From the IMG/VR virus record IMGVR_UViG_3300029288_004596, positions 1 to 64,000 of that record: a DNA stretch of 64,000 bases; one strand, 5' to 3'. A program made the translations under genes and the position numbers. Below, piece after piece: positions 1-9,733 of the stretch. The stretch is from a virus. Taxonomy: Duplodnaviria > Caudoviricetes. Position 1 is the first letter of the stretch. Every line of letters starts with the position of its first letter. The notes beneath the pieces were generated by a model. That model ran no database searches. It saw only the letters and a program-made list of their open reading frames with translations, and was not told the DNA's origin.

Positions 1-53
1 AGTCTTTCTTCTTCTGGCATAGCCAGGATTGGATCTACCATTTCGTCTGTCAT
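1..53 (-). CDS. 5' end of the next gene in the sugar operon (truncated by window edge), MTDEMVDPILAMPEEER...
   Basis: ATG at 53-51 preceded by GAGGTG SD overlapping the stop of the radical SAM gene; frame open to the window edge. Confidence 0.6.
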   Translation of the reverse strand, partial: MTDEMVDPILAMPEEER

Positions 54-55
54 AG

Positions 56-1468
56 TCACCTCTTGAAGTCTATACTTAACATTTCTTTAACTGTGGCTAG
101 CGCTCCATCTCCAAACTTCTGTACTATCATATCCTGATAATTCTTATTGGAGTAGTAGTCAATAAAAGCTTTGTCTCTAAACTCCATAACCTTTCTACCC
201 GTTATATGTTTAGTGTCCAGGGGTTTAGCTTTTTCCCCATAGTAGTTGTAGCTTTCCCAGTCAGTGTTGGTCTTGTAGTTCTCATATAGTTTGGATCCAG
301 GGAAGGGCATGGTTATATTGAAGACAGACCACTCGGCGTTTATCTCCTTGGCAAACTCCAGAGTCTCCTTCATAGTCTCCATGTCATCTTCTGGGAGTCC
401 AAACATATAATTTCCCTGTAGGTATATGCCAGCGTCCTTTATTTTCTTTATGCCTTCTAACATAGAAGTCTTGTTTAGTCGCTTATCAGCATCTCCCCTG
501 ACTCTATTGTTGGCAGATTCTATTCCCACAGCTAACCAGTTTATCCCAGCTCTCTTCATCTTTATAAGTAGATCCTGAGGCACATAGTTAAGTCTGGCAT
601 AAGCCCATATGTTGAGCTTGTAGTCTCTGTCTATCAGGTAGTCGCATATCTTTTCCACATGTTCTCTGTGGAAAACAAAGAGTTCATCGGATATCTTAAG
701 GTTCACTGGTCCATACTTATCCACCAGATTGTCTAGCTGTTTTATAGCCCACTCAGGGGACCAGGTCCTATAGCTTTTTGTTAACTCAAAGGCCTCTGAT
801 TTCCTGAAAGGAGCCTGTATGCAGCAGAAGGCGCAGTCATATGGACACCCCAGGGATGTGTAGATAGACACATATGGTTTGTCTTTCCACTGGGGGTCTA
901 GCCCCAGCCAGTTATGGGGTCTAGAGTTGGATATATCCGCAAGGTCCCAGTATATTTCTGGCACAGTCTTGTCCAGATCCTTAACTAGGGGGACATTGCT
1001 TGTTTCTATAACCTTTCCATCTTTCATGTATACAAGGTTGGGAACTTCATTCAGATCCTTAGAGCAGTACAGCTGTACTATGCTACTGAATCCTTCACTA
1101 TCGCATACATAGTCAGCTCCTGTCTGTTTCAGGGAAAGTTCTGGCAAAACTGCCACATGTCCTCCCACTAACAGGACTTTGATATCCTTTAGGAGTTTGC
1201 ATAACTCTATGACATAGGGCATCAGCTGTGTCGAAGCTGACGGGTTCTGCCCATAGACTACTATGGCGACCAGTTTAGGTTTAATAGTTTGTATTTTTTC
1301 AGCGCAGTCTTCTGGGGATAGCCCCAGCGCATGCGCGTCCAATATCTCTACAGGTATTCCCGCATCCTTAGCTTGGGAAGCCAGCATTAGAGCCCATATG
1401 GGCGGTTCCTTAGCCGCCAGGTCTCCAAGAACTCCATAGTGCGGATGTGGATTTATAAATAAAATCAT
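56..1468 (-). CDS. Cobalamin (B12)-binding radical SAM protein (class B methyltransferase-like)
   Basis: N-terminal B12-binding domain (PPIWALMLAS...VGGHVA), TSLGCPYDCAFC CxxxCxxC motif, GIESAN and YMFGLPED motifs. Confidence 0.9.
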   Translation of the reverse strand: MILFINPHPHYGVLGDLAAKEPPIWALMLASQAKDAGIPVEILDAHALGLSPEDCAEKIQTIKPKLVAIVVYGQNPSASTQLMPYVIELCKLLKDIKVLLVGGHVAVLPELSLKQTGADYVCDSEGFSSIVQLYCSKDLNEVPNLVYMKDGKVIETSNVPLVKDLDKTVPEIYWDLADISNSRPHNWLGLDPQWKDKPYVSIYTSLGCPYDCAFCCIQAPFRKSEAFELTKSYRTWSPEWAIKQLDNLVDKYGPVNLKISDELFVFHREHVEKICDYLIDRDYKLNIWAYARLNYVPQDLLIKMKRAGINWLAVGIESANNRVRGDADKRLNKTSMLEGIKKIKDAGIYLQGNYMFGLPEDDMETMKETLEFAKEINAEWSVFNITMPFPGSKLYENYKTNTDWESYNYYGEKAKPLDTKHITGRKVMEFRDKAFIDYYSNKNYQDMIVQKFGDGALATVKEMLSIDFKR

Positions 1469-2406
1469 ATTATTTTTCTACACTCCTCAAGAAGCCATTG
1501 CAGAGACTCATCAATGTTGTATCTTTGAGTCCAGCCGGTCTTGTTTCTAAACTTGGTTGAATCTGGTATCTGATAACTTATGTCTATAGGCCTTAGCAGA
1601 GCAGGGTCCTCACAGAGCTCTATTTTCTTTGGAGACATGGATGTCAGCTTCTCCAGCACATCCCCTACCCTTATGCCTGTGTCTCCTCCTATGTTATACA
1701 CTTCCCCTGGTTCACAATATTTGGCCGCATGCCAGTAGGAAGCTACAGCGTCCCTTACATCCAGTATGGATCTTACAGAATCTAGGTTCCCATGTCTTAC
1801 CTTGTCAAGAAGTCCAGCTTCCACCTTGGCTATCTGCATAGCGAAGTTGGTGGCGAACAGATCTGATCTCCTAGGGTTTATGTAGGTGAACATCCTAGTT
1901 CTTATTACTGGAATGTTATAGGCCTGATAGTATACTCCGGACAGCAGATCCTGGGTTAGTTTTGATATAGCGTAGGGACTCGCTGGAGCCAGTCTCCCAT
2001 CCTCTTTTATAGGGCACTCCTCCTTAGTTATCTGTCCATACACTTCAGAGGTGGAACACATATGGAATATAACTTTGGGAGTTGTCAGTCTCACTGCTTC
2101 CAACAGGTTAGCTGTGCCCATTATGTTGTTTTCCATGACGGCTAACGGGATGTCAAAGGAAGCTCTGACATTGGCATGCGCTGCCAGGTGAAAGATGACG
2201 TCCGGTTTGACTAGTTCTATGACTCTTATTATAGAGGACAGATCTAGCAGGTCACACTCATGGGACTTGTACTTGGGGTTGACAAAGGACCTGGATCTCC
2301 ACCTGGCTATTCCATGAACGTCCACTTCTGGGTGCTCATCCAGTATATAGTCAGCAAGATAACTTCCTCCAGCTCCCTGTATTCCAGTTATAAGACAGGT
2401 CCTCAT
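1465..2406 (-). CDS. gmd: GDP-sugar 4,6-dehydratase (GDP-mannose dehydratase family, DmhA/WcbK heptose-dehydratase-like)
   Basis: ITGIQGAGGSYLA Rossmann, FHLAA, STSEVYG, SPYAISK, GNLDSVR, LRPID; start moved from 2592 to ATG 2406 (ATGA overlap with upstream stop). Confidence 0.85.
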   Translation of the reverse strand: MRTCLITGIQGAGGSYLADYILDEHPEVDVHGIARWRSRSFVNPKYKSHECDLLDLSSIIRVIELVKPDVIFHLAAHANVRASFDIPLAVMENNIMGTANLLEAVRLTTPKVIFHMCSTSEVYGQITKEECPIKEDGRLAPASPYAISKLTQDLLSGVYYQAYNIPVIRTRMFTYINPRRSDLFATNFAMQIAKVEAGLLDKVRHGNLDSVRSILDVRDAVASYWHAAKYCEPGEVYNIGGDTGIRVGDVLEKLTSMSPKKIELCEDPALLRPIDISYQIPDSTKFRNKTGWTQRYNIDESLQWLLEECRKII

Positions 2407-3434
2407 AGTTTCCATTTCTTGGACATATCCTCTAGCAGGAAGGTCAGAGAATCCCTGGCTTTTATAGCCCCTAAGGAATCTGCTAACTCTATCCCATCTT
2501 TCATGTATTGCACTTCTCTGTCCGACACCGGATATTCTAAAAGGTTTTCTTCTGGAGCTAGTGAACCATGTCCTCCTAGGTAGGAGAACCATATGCTTAT
2601 ATTGAGGTCAGTGGCTACTCTTATCAGTTCATTTATTGTGGGAAGGGTAGACCTCATTATTATAGAGTTTATATTTATCCTCCAGTGTTCATGCTTTGCT
2701 GCCTCAGCTGATATAGCTTCCATGTTGGCTTTTATTCTTTCCCATGGGAAGCTCCTTATATGTTCATAGACTTCTCCAGCTCCATCCACGCTCATTGTCA
2801 TGAAGATGTTTTCTAGGTTGCTGAGTTTGTCTATGTAGTAGTTCAGGAGACTGCCATTGGTGGTAAGGTAGAAGCAGGTCCCCTCCATGCCAGTTTCGCA
2901 CAGCCAGTTCAGGAGTTGTTTTCCATCATCTGCAAACAGAGTTTCTCCTCCGGAGGTCCCAAACCTGTCCAGTCTCTTCCAGCCTATCTCTTTTATAAGG
3001 TTCTTTACTCTCTCGACATTCAGAGGGGGTCTTGGTTTGGCGAAGTCCCCACACATCTTGCACTTGAAGTTGCAGGTGGTGCAGTGGGACAAGTATAGTT
3101 CTGGCGGTGGGTAGTCTACAGTGATGACTCCATCCCTATAGGCTTTCTTGACCTTCTCAAAGTGGTCTATGGCTTCTTTGGAGGAGTGAGAGTTATATAA
3201 CTTCATCTCGTCCCCTGTCCCAAAGATATCATAGTCTTCTTTGTATCTGAACTTGTCGCACCCGGGACACCCTGAACTCCTTATGTACTTGTACATGCTG
3301 TTGTTAAAGATAGTCATTATCTGTTTTTCTGTCTGAGGGTAGAACCCATAGTACATATCGGCTCCGCAGCAAGGTCCACCCTTCTTTTCAGTAGATAAAA
3401 TAACTGTCTTCCATGGAAAGAAACACCTACTCAT
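2403..3434 (-). CDS. Radical SAM protein with N-terminal SPASM/twitch-like Cys cluster
   Basis: CNFKCKMC motif, SGGE, TTNGSLL, SVDG; N-terminal CFFPW..PCC..CPGC. Confidence 0.85.
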   Translation of the reverse strand: MSRCFFPWKTVILSTEKKGGPCCGADMYYGFYPQTEKQIMTIFNNSMYKYIRSSGCPGCDKFRYKEDYDIFGTGDEMKLYNSHSSKEAIDHFEKVKKAYRDGVITVDYPPPELYLSHCTTCNFKCKMCGDFAKPRPPLNVERVKNLIKEIGWKRLDRFGTSGGETLFADDGKQLLNWLCETGMEGTCFYLTTNGSLLNYYIDKLSNLENIFMTMSVDGAGEVYEHIRSFPWERIKANMEAISAEAAKHEHWRININSIIMRSTLPTINELIRVATDLNISIWFSYLGGHGSLAPEENLLEYPVSDREVQYMKDGIELADSLGAIKARDSLTFLLEDMSKKWKL

Positions 3435-4359
3435 CAAGTTTTCCTAATCTCCTTAACACTTCTCTCCAGAAAGTGTCTGGAGAACAGTCTTCTTTTACTC
3501 TTTCATATGCTGTGTCAGACATTCTTTTGAGTTTATCCTGATCTCTTAGATGTTCTCTTATTATATCTGCTGACTTTTTAATGTCTGACTTGTCTAATAC
3601 TATGTACTCTTCATCTGGTCTAAGATAATACACAGACTCTGGAAGATTAGTTTTTTCTTCAGCCACTACAGTTCCACAGAGAGCCGCTTCTATAGGTCTT
3701 CCTTTCCTTGCTTGGGAATCCAGTATATCCTCATTCCTTAAAGGAAAGTTTATAGTTATCTTGGATCTCCTGAGGAGGTCTGTAAACTCTAGTTGTGATA
3801 GCCCGGACTTCCTCTGATCTCCAGATACAAATATATCTAGTCCTTCGTTCTGCAGAGAACGTATGAAGTCCAGTCTTCTGGGTACTAGAGAACCCAGATA
3901 ACTTATGTCTATATCTCTTTCCCTGTGGTCATTGAAGTAGGTTTCTATGTCATAGGCTTCCGGTATCAAAGTCATGCCTGGATGTTCTTTGTTGGGACCC
4001 ATTGGTATGACCATGTCGCTTACTTTCATGGTGAAATTGTTTGCTGGAGAATCCTCAGGCAGATTGGAATCCCAGAGCGTTCCGACCACAGGCACTTTGT
4101 ATCTGTACCTTACTAGTTGAAGAGTGGACTCTGCTGGTCTATGCCTTGTAGGGTGTATGCTTGAGTATACCAGGACATCTGATTTGCCCGCCAGCTCCAG
4201 AACCTTGCTGTCATGGTTGGAGGATGGCATATCATAGAAGACTTCCCCTGATCTTGTGGCATACTTGGTTTGTTCTAGGGTCTTGTATAGAGTATAGTAA
4301 GGAGTGCCAGGTCCATATATTTCGCAGTTCTTTTCTCCCACATATCCCACTCTAACCAC
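3427..4359 (-). CDS. GT-B glycosyltransferase (CgeB/Glyco_trans_1_2-like), tandem paralogue 4
   Basis: RDIDISYLG, LRRSKITINFP, RKGRPIEAALCG motifs shared with the three neighbours. Confidence 0.85.
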   Translation of the reverse strand: MVRVGYVGEKNCEIYGPGTPYYTLYKTLEQTKYATRSGEVFYDMPSSNHDSKVLELAGKSDVLVYSSIHPTRHRPAESTLQLVRYRYKVPVVGTLWDSNLPEDSPANNFTMKVSDMVIPMGPNKEHPGMTLIPEAYDIETYFNDHRERDIDISYLGSLVPRRLDFIRSLQNEGLDIFVSGDQRKSGLSQLEFTDLLRRSKITINFPLRNEDILDSQARKGRPIEAALCGTVVAEEKTNLPESVYYLRPDEEYIVLDKSDIKKSADIIREHLRDQDKLKRMSDTAYERVKEDCSPDTFWREVLRRLGKLDE

Positions 4360-5290
4360 TGATTTCCACCTCCTTTAAAACGTCTCTCCAGAAGTTATCC
4401 GCAGAGTGAAGGTTTGTGGCCTTCTCCTTTCCCCTGTTTGCTATTTCCTGTCTCTCCTTGTCATGTTCTAAGTAGTATCTCAAGATGTCAGCTGACTTCT
4501 TAGGATCCTTTCTATCAAGGACTATATATTCTTTGTCTGGAATAAAGTACAGATTAGAGAGTGGGTTCTTTTCTTCAGCTATGGCCGTTCCACACCTGGC
4601 TGCCTCAACTGTCCTTCCCTTCCTCTGATAAGAGTCTGGAAGACTTTCAGAGACTAAAGGGAAGTTAAGGGTTATCTTAGATCTCCTCATAAGATCCGCA
4701 TACTCTGGTTGCTTTATCTGATGCGTCTCCTCTCCAGCTGTGAATATATCTAGTCCTTCCTTTTTTAGGGCTTCTATAAAGACTGTTCTTTCTTCTCTGT
4801 TCCTTCCAAGGAAGCTAATGTCTATATCTCTTACTCTTCCATCATCATAGTAAGTCTCAGAGCATACTGGGAACACGAAGGTTTTGGTGTTTGGATCCTG
4901 TTTATAAGGAGCGTCCATGGCCACCACGAGGTCACACCAGTCAGCCATCGCCTGGTTTATTCTGTAGGAGTGTTCTCCATTGGTGTCTCCAAGAACTCCT
5001 ATCACCGGCACCTTCAGCCTCTTCCTTATAATCTTAAGCATTGAAGGGTCAGGCCCCCTTGGGCAGAAGAAGTAAACTACAAAGTCTGGGGATTTGAGGC
5101 ACTCATTATATAACCATTCGTCATGAGTTCTATAAGGACTTTTTACAGGGCAGTCATAAAAAACAGCTTCCTGTTTATCCACTATAGAACTCTGGGTCAG
5201 AGGCTGGTGTATGAAGTAGTACTCCACTCCTATGCCCATCTCTGGCATCCCGCCAGCGTATTTGTTCCCAGCGTAGATTCCTTTATACAT
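4352..5290 (-). CDS. GT-B glycosyltransferase (CgeB-like), tandem paralogue 3
   Basis: RDIDISFLG, MRRSKITLNFP, QRKGRTVEAARCG. Confidence 0.85.
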   Translation of the reverse strand: MYKGIYAGNKYAGGMPEMGIGVEYYFIHQPLTQSSIVDKQEAVFYDCPVKSPYRTHDEWLYNECLKSPDFVVYFFCPRGPDPSMLKIIRKRLKVPVIGVLGDTNGEHSYRINQAMADWCDLVVAMDAPYKQDPNTKTFVFPVCSETYYDDGRVRDIDISFLGRNREERTVFIEALKKEGLDIFTAGEETHQIKQPEYADLMRRSKITLNFPLVSESLPDSYQRKGRTVEAARCGTAIAEEKNPLSNLYFIPDKEYIVLDRKDPKKSADILRYYLEHDKERQEIANRGKEKATNLHSADNFWRDVLKEVEISG

Positions 5291-6221
5291 AGAGCCCAGC
5301 TTTCTGAGTTATCTCTTTCCAGAAGTTATCTGAGGTATATACAGTTTCCACCATTTCCTTATTGGTTTTTCTTATCTTATCTAGGAGTTGGGGGTGTTCC
5401 AGATGATTCTTTATAATAGAGGCTGATTCTTTAGGATCATGTATGTTCAAGACTATGTATTCCTCATGAGCTTTGTAGTAGTGAGGAACTGGATTGAACT
5501 CTTCAGCCAGTATAGCTCCACACTTCATGGCTTCCAGAGGTCTTCCTTTTCTCTGAAAGGAATCTGGTATATCTCTTGGGAAGCTTATGGTTATCTTGGA
5601 TCTCCTGAGTATATCGGCGTATTCATCCTGGCTCAGGAAGGTTTTTCTAAGTCCAGAGCTAGTGAATACAGGGATTTCTTTTGAGATTCCATTCAGGAAT
5701 TCCCCTCTGAATTTGCTTATGTTCCCAATGAAGGAGACATCTATGTCCCTCTCTCTTCCATCGTCATAGTAGGTCTTGGAACATGCGCTATATAGAGTAG
5801 GCACATGCAAGTATTCCTTGCTGTAATCTGAGCCATCAAGGCAGAAGGCTAGAGAACAGTAGGATGACACCAGTTTGCTCAACCCTTTCAGGAACTCGCT
5901 GTTTGTGTCTCCTACGCATCCTATAACTGGGATATGAAATCTATATCTTATAAGTTTGAGAACTTCAGGGTTGAGTCCCCATGAGGGGTAAGTATACATG
6001 TAGAATATAAAGTCTGGTTTGTTTTCCCTGCAGCTGTCTAGTATCTGGTCGTTTATGTCTGTGTACCCAGCCTTTAATGGCATGTCATAGAATATAACGT
6101 CTACCATATCTATGAAGCTGCACTCCCGCATGGTGTTGTGGAGAACCCAGTAATCTGGGCCTCCCCCTAGTTTAGGGTTGCCATCGCAGTATCTTCCTCC
6201 TATGTATATACACTTAAGCAA
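5283..6221 (-). CDS. GT-B glycosyltransferase (CgeB-like), tandem paralogue 2
   Basis: RDIDVSFIG, LRRSKITISFP, QRKGRPLEAMKCG. Confidence 0.85.
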   Translation of the reverse strand: MLKCIYIGGRYCDGNPKLGGGPDYWVLHNTMRECSFIDMVDVIFYDMPLKAGYTDINDQILDSCRENKPDFIFYMYTYPSWGLNPEVLKLIRYRFHIPVIGCVGDTNSEFLKGLSKLVSSYCSLAFCLDGSDYSKEYLHVPTLYSACSKTYYDDGRERDIDVSFIGNISKFRGEFLNGISKEIPVFTSSGLRKTFLSQDEYADILRRSKITISFPRDIPDSFQRKGRPLEAMKCGAILAEEFNPVPHYYKAHEEYIVLNIHDPKESASIIKNHLEHPQLLDKIRKTNKEMVETVYTSDNFWKEITQKAGLYV

Positions 6222-7182
6222 TGTTCAGTCTCCTGAGCACAGAGTGCCAGAAAGCGTTTGGAGAGTGAGTTGTCTGGCATTCTAGTTTTCCTCTTTCAGC
6301 TATAGCTTTTCTTTCATCTTCATGTTCTAAGTAATACTTTAGTATCCTTACTGATTCTTTGGGGTCTTCCTTTATTAGTTCTATATAGTCTCTTCCTGGA
6401 GTGAAGTAGTAATCTATAGGAGGATGTTTTTCTTCAGCCACAAGAGCCCCGCACCTGGTGGCTTCCAGTATCCTGCCTTTTCTCTGGTAGGAATCAGGCC
6501 AGTCATCTTCTAACATAGGGAAGTTGAGAGTTATCTTAGATCTCCTGAAGAGATTGGCATACTCCTCATTGGATAACTTTATCCTATCATGATCTCCAGC
6601 TGTGAATATCTCTATGCCCTCGGCTTCCAGGGCTTCTATCATGTTCTTCCTTGGGGTGGTTCCTCTCACCAGTCTGTCTTTGTCGCCTAGGAAACTCACA
6701 TCTATATCTCGTTTCCTGTTGTCATCATAGAACAGATGAGAAGTGGCTGGGGATACTGTGTAAAACATGTAGTCATAGTGGAGGTAAGGGGAATCCATAG
6801 CTATATCTATATCACAAGGTTTAGCTATTATTCTGTTCCAATGGTCTCCATCCCTTGTGTTAGTGTCCCACTGAGCCACAGCAACTGGTATGCGAAGTCT
6901 CTTTCTTATCATTAGTATGACGTCACTGGATGGGTTCAGCCATCCAGGGGTGAAGGAGTACATGACCATGTCAGGTCTGTATTTTTCGCAGGCCTTGTAT
7001 AGATACTCATCATGAGACTTGTATCCAGCTGGGATTGGCTCATCATACCACACTGCGTCCACTGGTTCCACTATGGAACTTTCTACCATGGACATGTAAA
7101 GCTCAAAGTATACTGCGCTTATGACATGCGAGTCATTAGTGGGGTTGGTATATTTCCCGCCAGCTAGGATTACCTTATACAT
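6214..7182 (-). CDS. GT-B glycosyltransferase (CgeB-like), tandem paralogue 1
   Basis: RDIDVSFLG, FRRSKITLNFP, QRKGRILEATRCG; ATG at 7182 follows an AGGAG SD. Confidence 0.85.
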   Translation of the reverse strand: MYKVILAGGKYTNPTNDSHVISAVYFELYMSMVESSIVEPVDAVWYDEPIPAGYKSHDEYLYKACEKYRPDMVMYSFTPGWLNPSSDVILMIRKRLRIPVAVAQWDTNTRDGDHWNRIIAKPCDIDIAMDSPYLHYDYMFYTVSPATSHLFYDDNRKRDIDVSFLGDKDRLVRGTTPRKNMIEALEAEGIEIFTAGDHDRIKLSNEEYANLFRRSKITLNFPMLEDDWPDSYQRKGRILEATRCGALVAEEKHPPIDYYFTPGRDYIELIKEDPKESVRILKYYLEHEDERKAIAERGKLECQTTHSPNAFWHSVLRRLNIA

Positions 7183-7759
7183 GCACAACTCCTATGCCAC
7201 AGTGTTTCTGGTTTTCTTCACTCAGTAGTTCAGTACATCTGTACTTTTTCTTTAGCTGTCTCCAGTACACATCCACTTCACAGAACGCTCCAAACTGTGG
7301 GTGTGGGAGTATATCGTGCAAGGCTATAAGCCCTCCGCTTCTAACCAAAGGACTGTACATCTCAAAGTCTTTTCTTATCCCAGCATAGGTGTGGTCTCCA
7401 TCTAGGAAGATGAAGTCATACTTTGAAGCTATAGATGTTATCTGATTATATGTTTCTTGGGAGTGGGAGTTGCCCTGTATAAAGTGGAACTCTACATCAA
7501 AAGGCTCCACTATTTTCTGGTATCCTTCTTTGAATCTCAGGTTATTTTCCACAAACAGATCGCAGGCTACTATCTTGGCTCCTGTAACAGCGTGTTTAGC
7601 CCACTGTCTAAGAGTCCCTCCCTCATTGGTCCCTATCTCCAGGACTCTGGTTGGCCTAAGGTCTGAGTACATCTGCACTAAAGCCTCAAACTCTTCTTTC
7701 ATTTGATAGGCTCTCACTCCTAGGGGTAGTTCTGGATCATAGTAAGTGAAGTTGTTCAT
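7175..7759 (-). CDS. Class I SAM-dependent methyltransferase (Methyltransf_24-like, probable sugar O-methyltransferase)
   Basis: VLEIGTNEGGT, DFIFLDGDHTY, GGLIALHD motifs. Confidence 0.85.
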   Translation of the reverse strand: MNNFTYYDPELPLGVRAYQMKEEFEALVQMYSDLRPTRVLEIGTNEGGTLRQWAKHAVTGAKIVACDLFVENNLRFKEGYQKIVEPFDVEFHFIQGNSHSQETYNQITSIASKYDFIFLDGDHTYAGIRKDFEMYSPLVRSGGLIALHDILPHPQFGAFCEVDVYWRQLKKKYRCTELLSEENQKHCGIGVVHV

Positions 7760-8727
7760 TGGTTGCCTCTGTTATAGTATATTATGCTTGACCCCATAGA
7801 GTCAACTGAGAAAGGCACATGTATGGGGTTGCCCAAGGCTTCCAGTATGCCAGGATGTTTTTCTGGCTCAGCATAGATCATCAGGAATCCTCCAGATCCA
7901 GCTCCTATAAGCTTTGCTGAAACAGCCCCGGCTTTCTTGGCCTTGTCATACATATCATCTATGAGAGGAGTGGTTATCTTATCAGAAAAGGCCTTCTTAA
8001 GTTTCCAGCCTTCATCTATCAGTAAACCAAACCTGTTCCAGTCTCCATCTCTTACAGCCATGAGTCCTTCTCTTGTCAGGACCTGCATCTCGGTTAGTTC
8101 CCTTTCAGCTTTCTTGAAGTCATAACACTTGGTGACATCGTTGGCCACTCTGGACATGCCAGTAAAGACTAACAGGATATTCCTAGTTATCTTTTCAGCG
8201 TTTCCTATAATGGGGGTTACGCTGAAGTCCTTGTCTTTAAACTCCACATAGTTGAATCCTCCATAAGCCGCCAGTATCTGATCCTGAGAACCTACACATT
8301 CTCCTATAAGGTTCTGTTCTATGTGAATAGCTATCTCAGCCAGTTCTTTCTTGGAAGTGTAAAGTCCCTGAGAGGCTCTCACAGCATTTACTAGTCCTAC
8401 TGTAAAGGAAGAGGATGAACCTATTCCCGATCTGGCTGGAATATCCCCATCGTGGTGTATCTCTATATTGTTAGTTTTGTCCAGATGCTTAAGGGTTTCT
8501 CTTATAGATGGGTGATCCAGTTCATCCACATGTGAACAGAGTTCTATATTGGAATATACAGCTCTTATGTTGTAGTCGAAGAATCTTGGGAGTTCTCTGC
8601 ATGTGATATAACAGTATTTGTCTATAGCCATGGCTATGACAGCCCCGCCATGTTCTTTGTACCATACAGGGTAGTCCGTACCTCCTCCAAAGAAACTTAT
8701 CCTGAAAGGAGTTCTGCTAATTACCAT
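7756..8727 (-). CDS. hddA: GHMP kinase, D-glycero-alpha-D-manno-heptose-7-phosphate kinase-like
   Basis: SRTPFRISFFGGGTD, PARSGIGSSSS, GSQDQ, KLIGAGSGG. Confidence 0.85.
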   Translation of the reverse strand: MVISRTPFRISFFGGGTDYPVWYKEHGGAVIAMAIDKYCYITCRELPRFFDYNIRAVYSNIELCSHVDELDHPSIRETLKHLDKTNNIEIHHDGDIPARSGIGSSSSFTVGLVNAVRASQGLYTSKKELAEIAIHIEQNLIGECVGSQDQILAAYGGFNYVEFKDKDFSVTPIIGNAEKITRNILLVFTGMSRVANDVTKCYDFKKAERELTEMQVLTREGLMAVRDGDWNRFGLLIDEGWKLKKAFSDKITTPLIDDMYDKAKKAGAVSAKLIGAGSGGFLMIYAEPEKHPGILEALGNPIHVPFSVDSMGSSIIYYNRGNQ

Positions 8728-9733
8728 TTATCCACCTCATAGCTTCTCCAAGAGTATATTCCGTGGTATGGACTGACATGGAATCCAGTCCTTTCTGAGC
8801 GTAAGGGTTCAGATCTATGTTTACTAGGTTCTCTATTTCATCGTTTGCGTCATAGGGAATTACTATGTTCTTAAAGAGGGCGTTGTTCATAGGCCTGTTG
8901 GGAATATTCCTGGCTATTATAGGAACTCCGGCTCCTATAGCTTCCGCTACTCTGGAGGCATAGGTCAGGCCGGTTCCTGTGAGACTTATCACTCCTCTAT
9001 ATTTTCTCATCCCATCCAGGTAGGTCTTAAATAGTTCTTCCCTCACAGCCCTCAGTCTGGGGACAAACTTCTCGAACACATCTCCGTTGTTCATCTCAGC
9101 CACCATCTGAGCTGTTATAGCTGAGTACTTTCTTGGGAGGTTGCTGTTGTTCTCTGGAGGTTCAGCTAGTTTTATTCCATATCTTTGTATAAGTTGAGCT
9201 CTATCATCATAGAGTTTCCCAAAGAAGGCTATGGAGTCATTCTCAGGAACTCTTATTTCTTTAGCTACCCATCTTTTGGGGACTGACAAATGTGTAGGAA
9301 TCCATCTTGATTTGACTCCCAAGTTCTCACAATACTGCGCGTCTGTCTCATCGCATGGAATTATATGGGTAAAGCGCTTTAGTCTCTCATCCAGTTCCTT
9401 GTATTCTATTTGATGACACTGGGGCGTAGCTATACATTCTATGAGAGTGGCTACCCTTACAGGAGCCAGCGGTTCCAAGAATTTCAGGAAGTCCTGGTTG
9501 GCCCTTGTGTGTATAAGTTCAACCCATATCTGGTCGTATCTATTGTTATAGTGTTTCTTTATTAGCTCCATCCATTGTTCTGGACAGGTCCCTAATCCCA
9601 TGGAAGTGAAGACTGTGTCCACTTCCCCATAAGATTGGAGTCCCTCATCTAATCCAAACTGCACGCAGTAGGATAGAGCCTTTCCCAGGTAAGACCAGTT
9701 GGTTCTCTTGGTTATGATGTTAAGAATTCTCAT
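8717..9733 (-). CDS. Putative GT-B glycosyltransferase
   Basis: IAFFGKLY..R and ASRVAEAIGAGVPII nucleotide-binding-domain motif; operon context. Confidence 0.65.
   Translation of the reverse strand: MRILNIITKRTNWSYLGKALSYCVQFGLDEGLQSYGEVDTVFTSMGLGTCPEQWMELIKKHYNNRYDQIWVELIHTRANQDFLKFLEPLAPVRVATLIECIATPQCHQIEYKELDERLKRFTHIIPCDETDAQYCENLGVKSRWIPTHLSVPKRWVAKEIRVPENDSIAFFGKLYDDRAQLIQRYGIKLAEPPENNSNLPRKYSAITAQMVAEMNNGDVFEKFVPRLRAVREELFKTYLDGMRKYRGVISLTGTGLTYASRVAEAIGAGVPIIARNIPNRPMNNALFKNIVIPYDANDEIENLVNIDLNPYAQKGLDSMSVHTTEYTLGEAMRWINGN

Noticed and set aside
2407-2592. 62-aa N-terminal extension of the dehydratase given in the ORF track
   Set aside because: It overlaps the upstream radical SAM gene; the Rossmann motif starts right after ATG 2406, which has an ATGA coupling.
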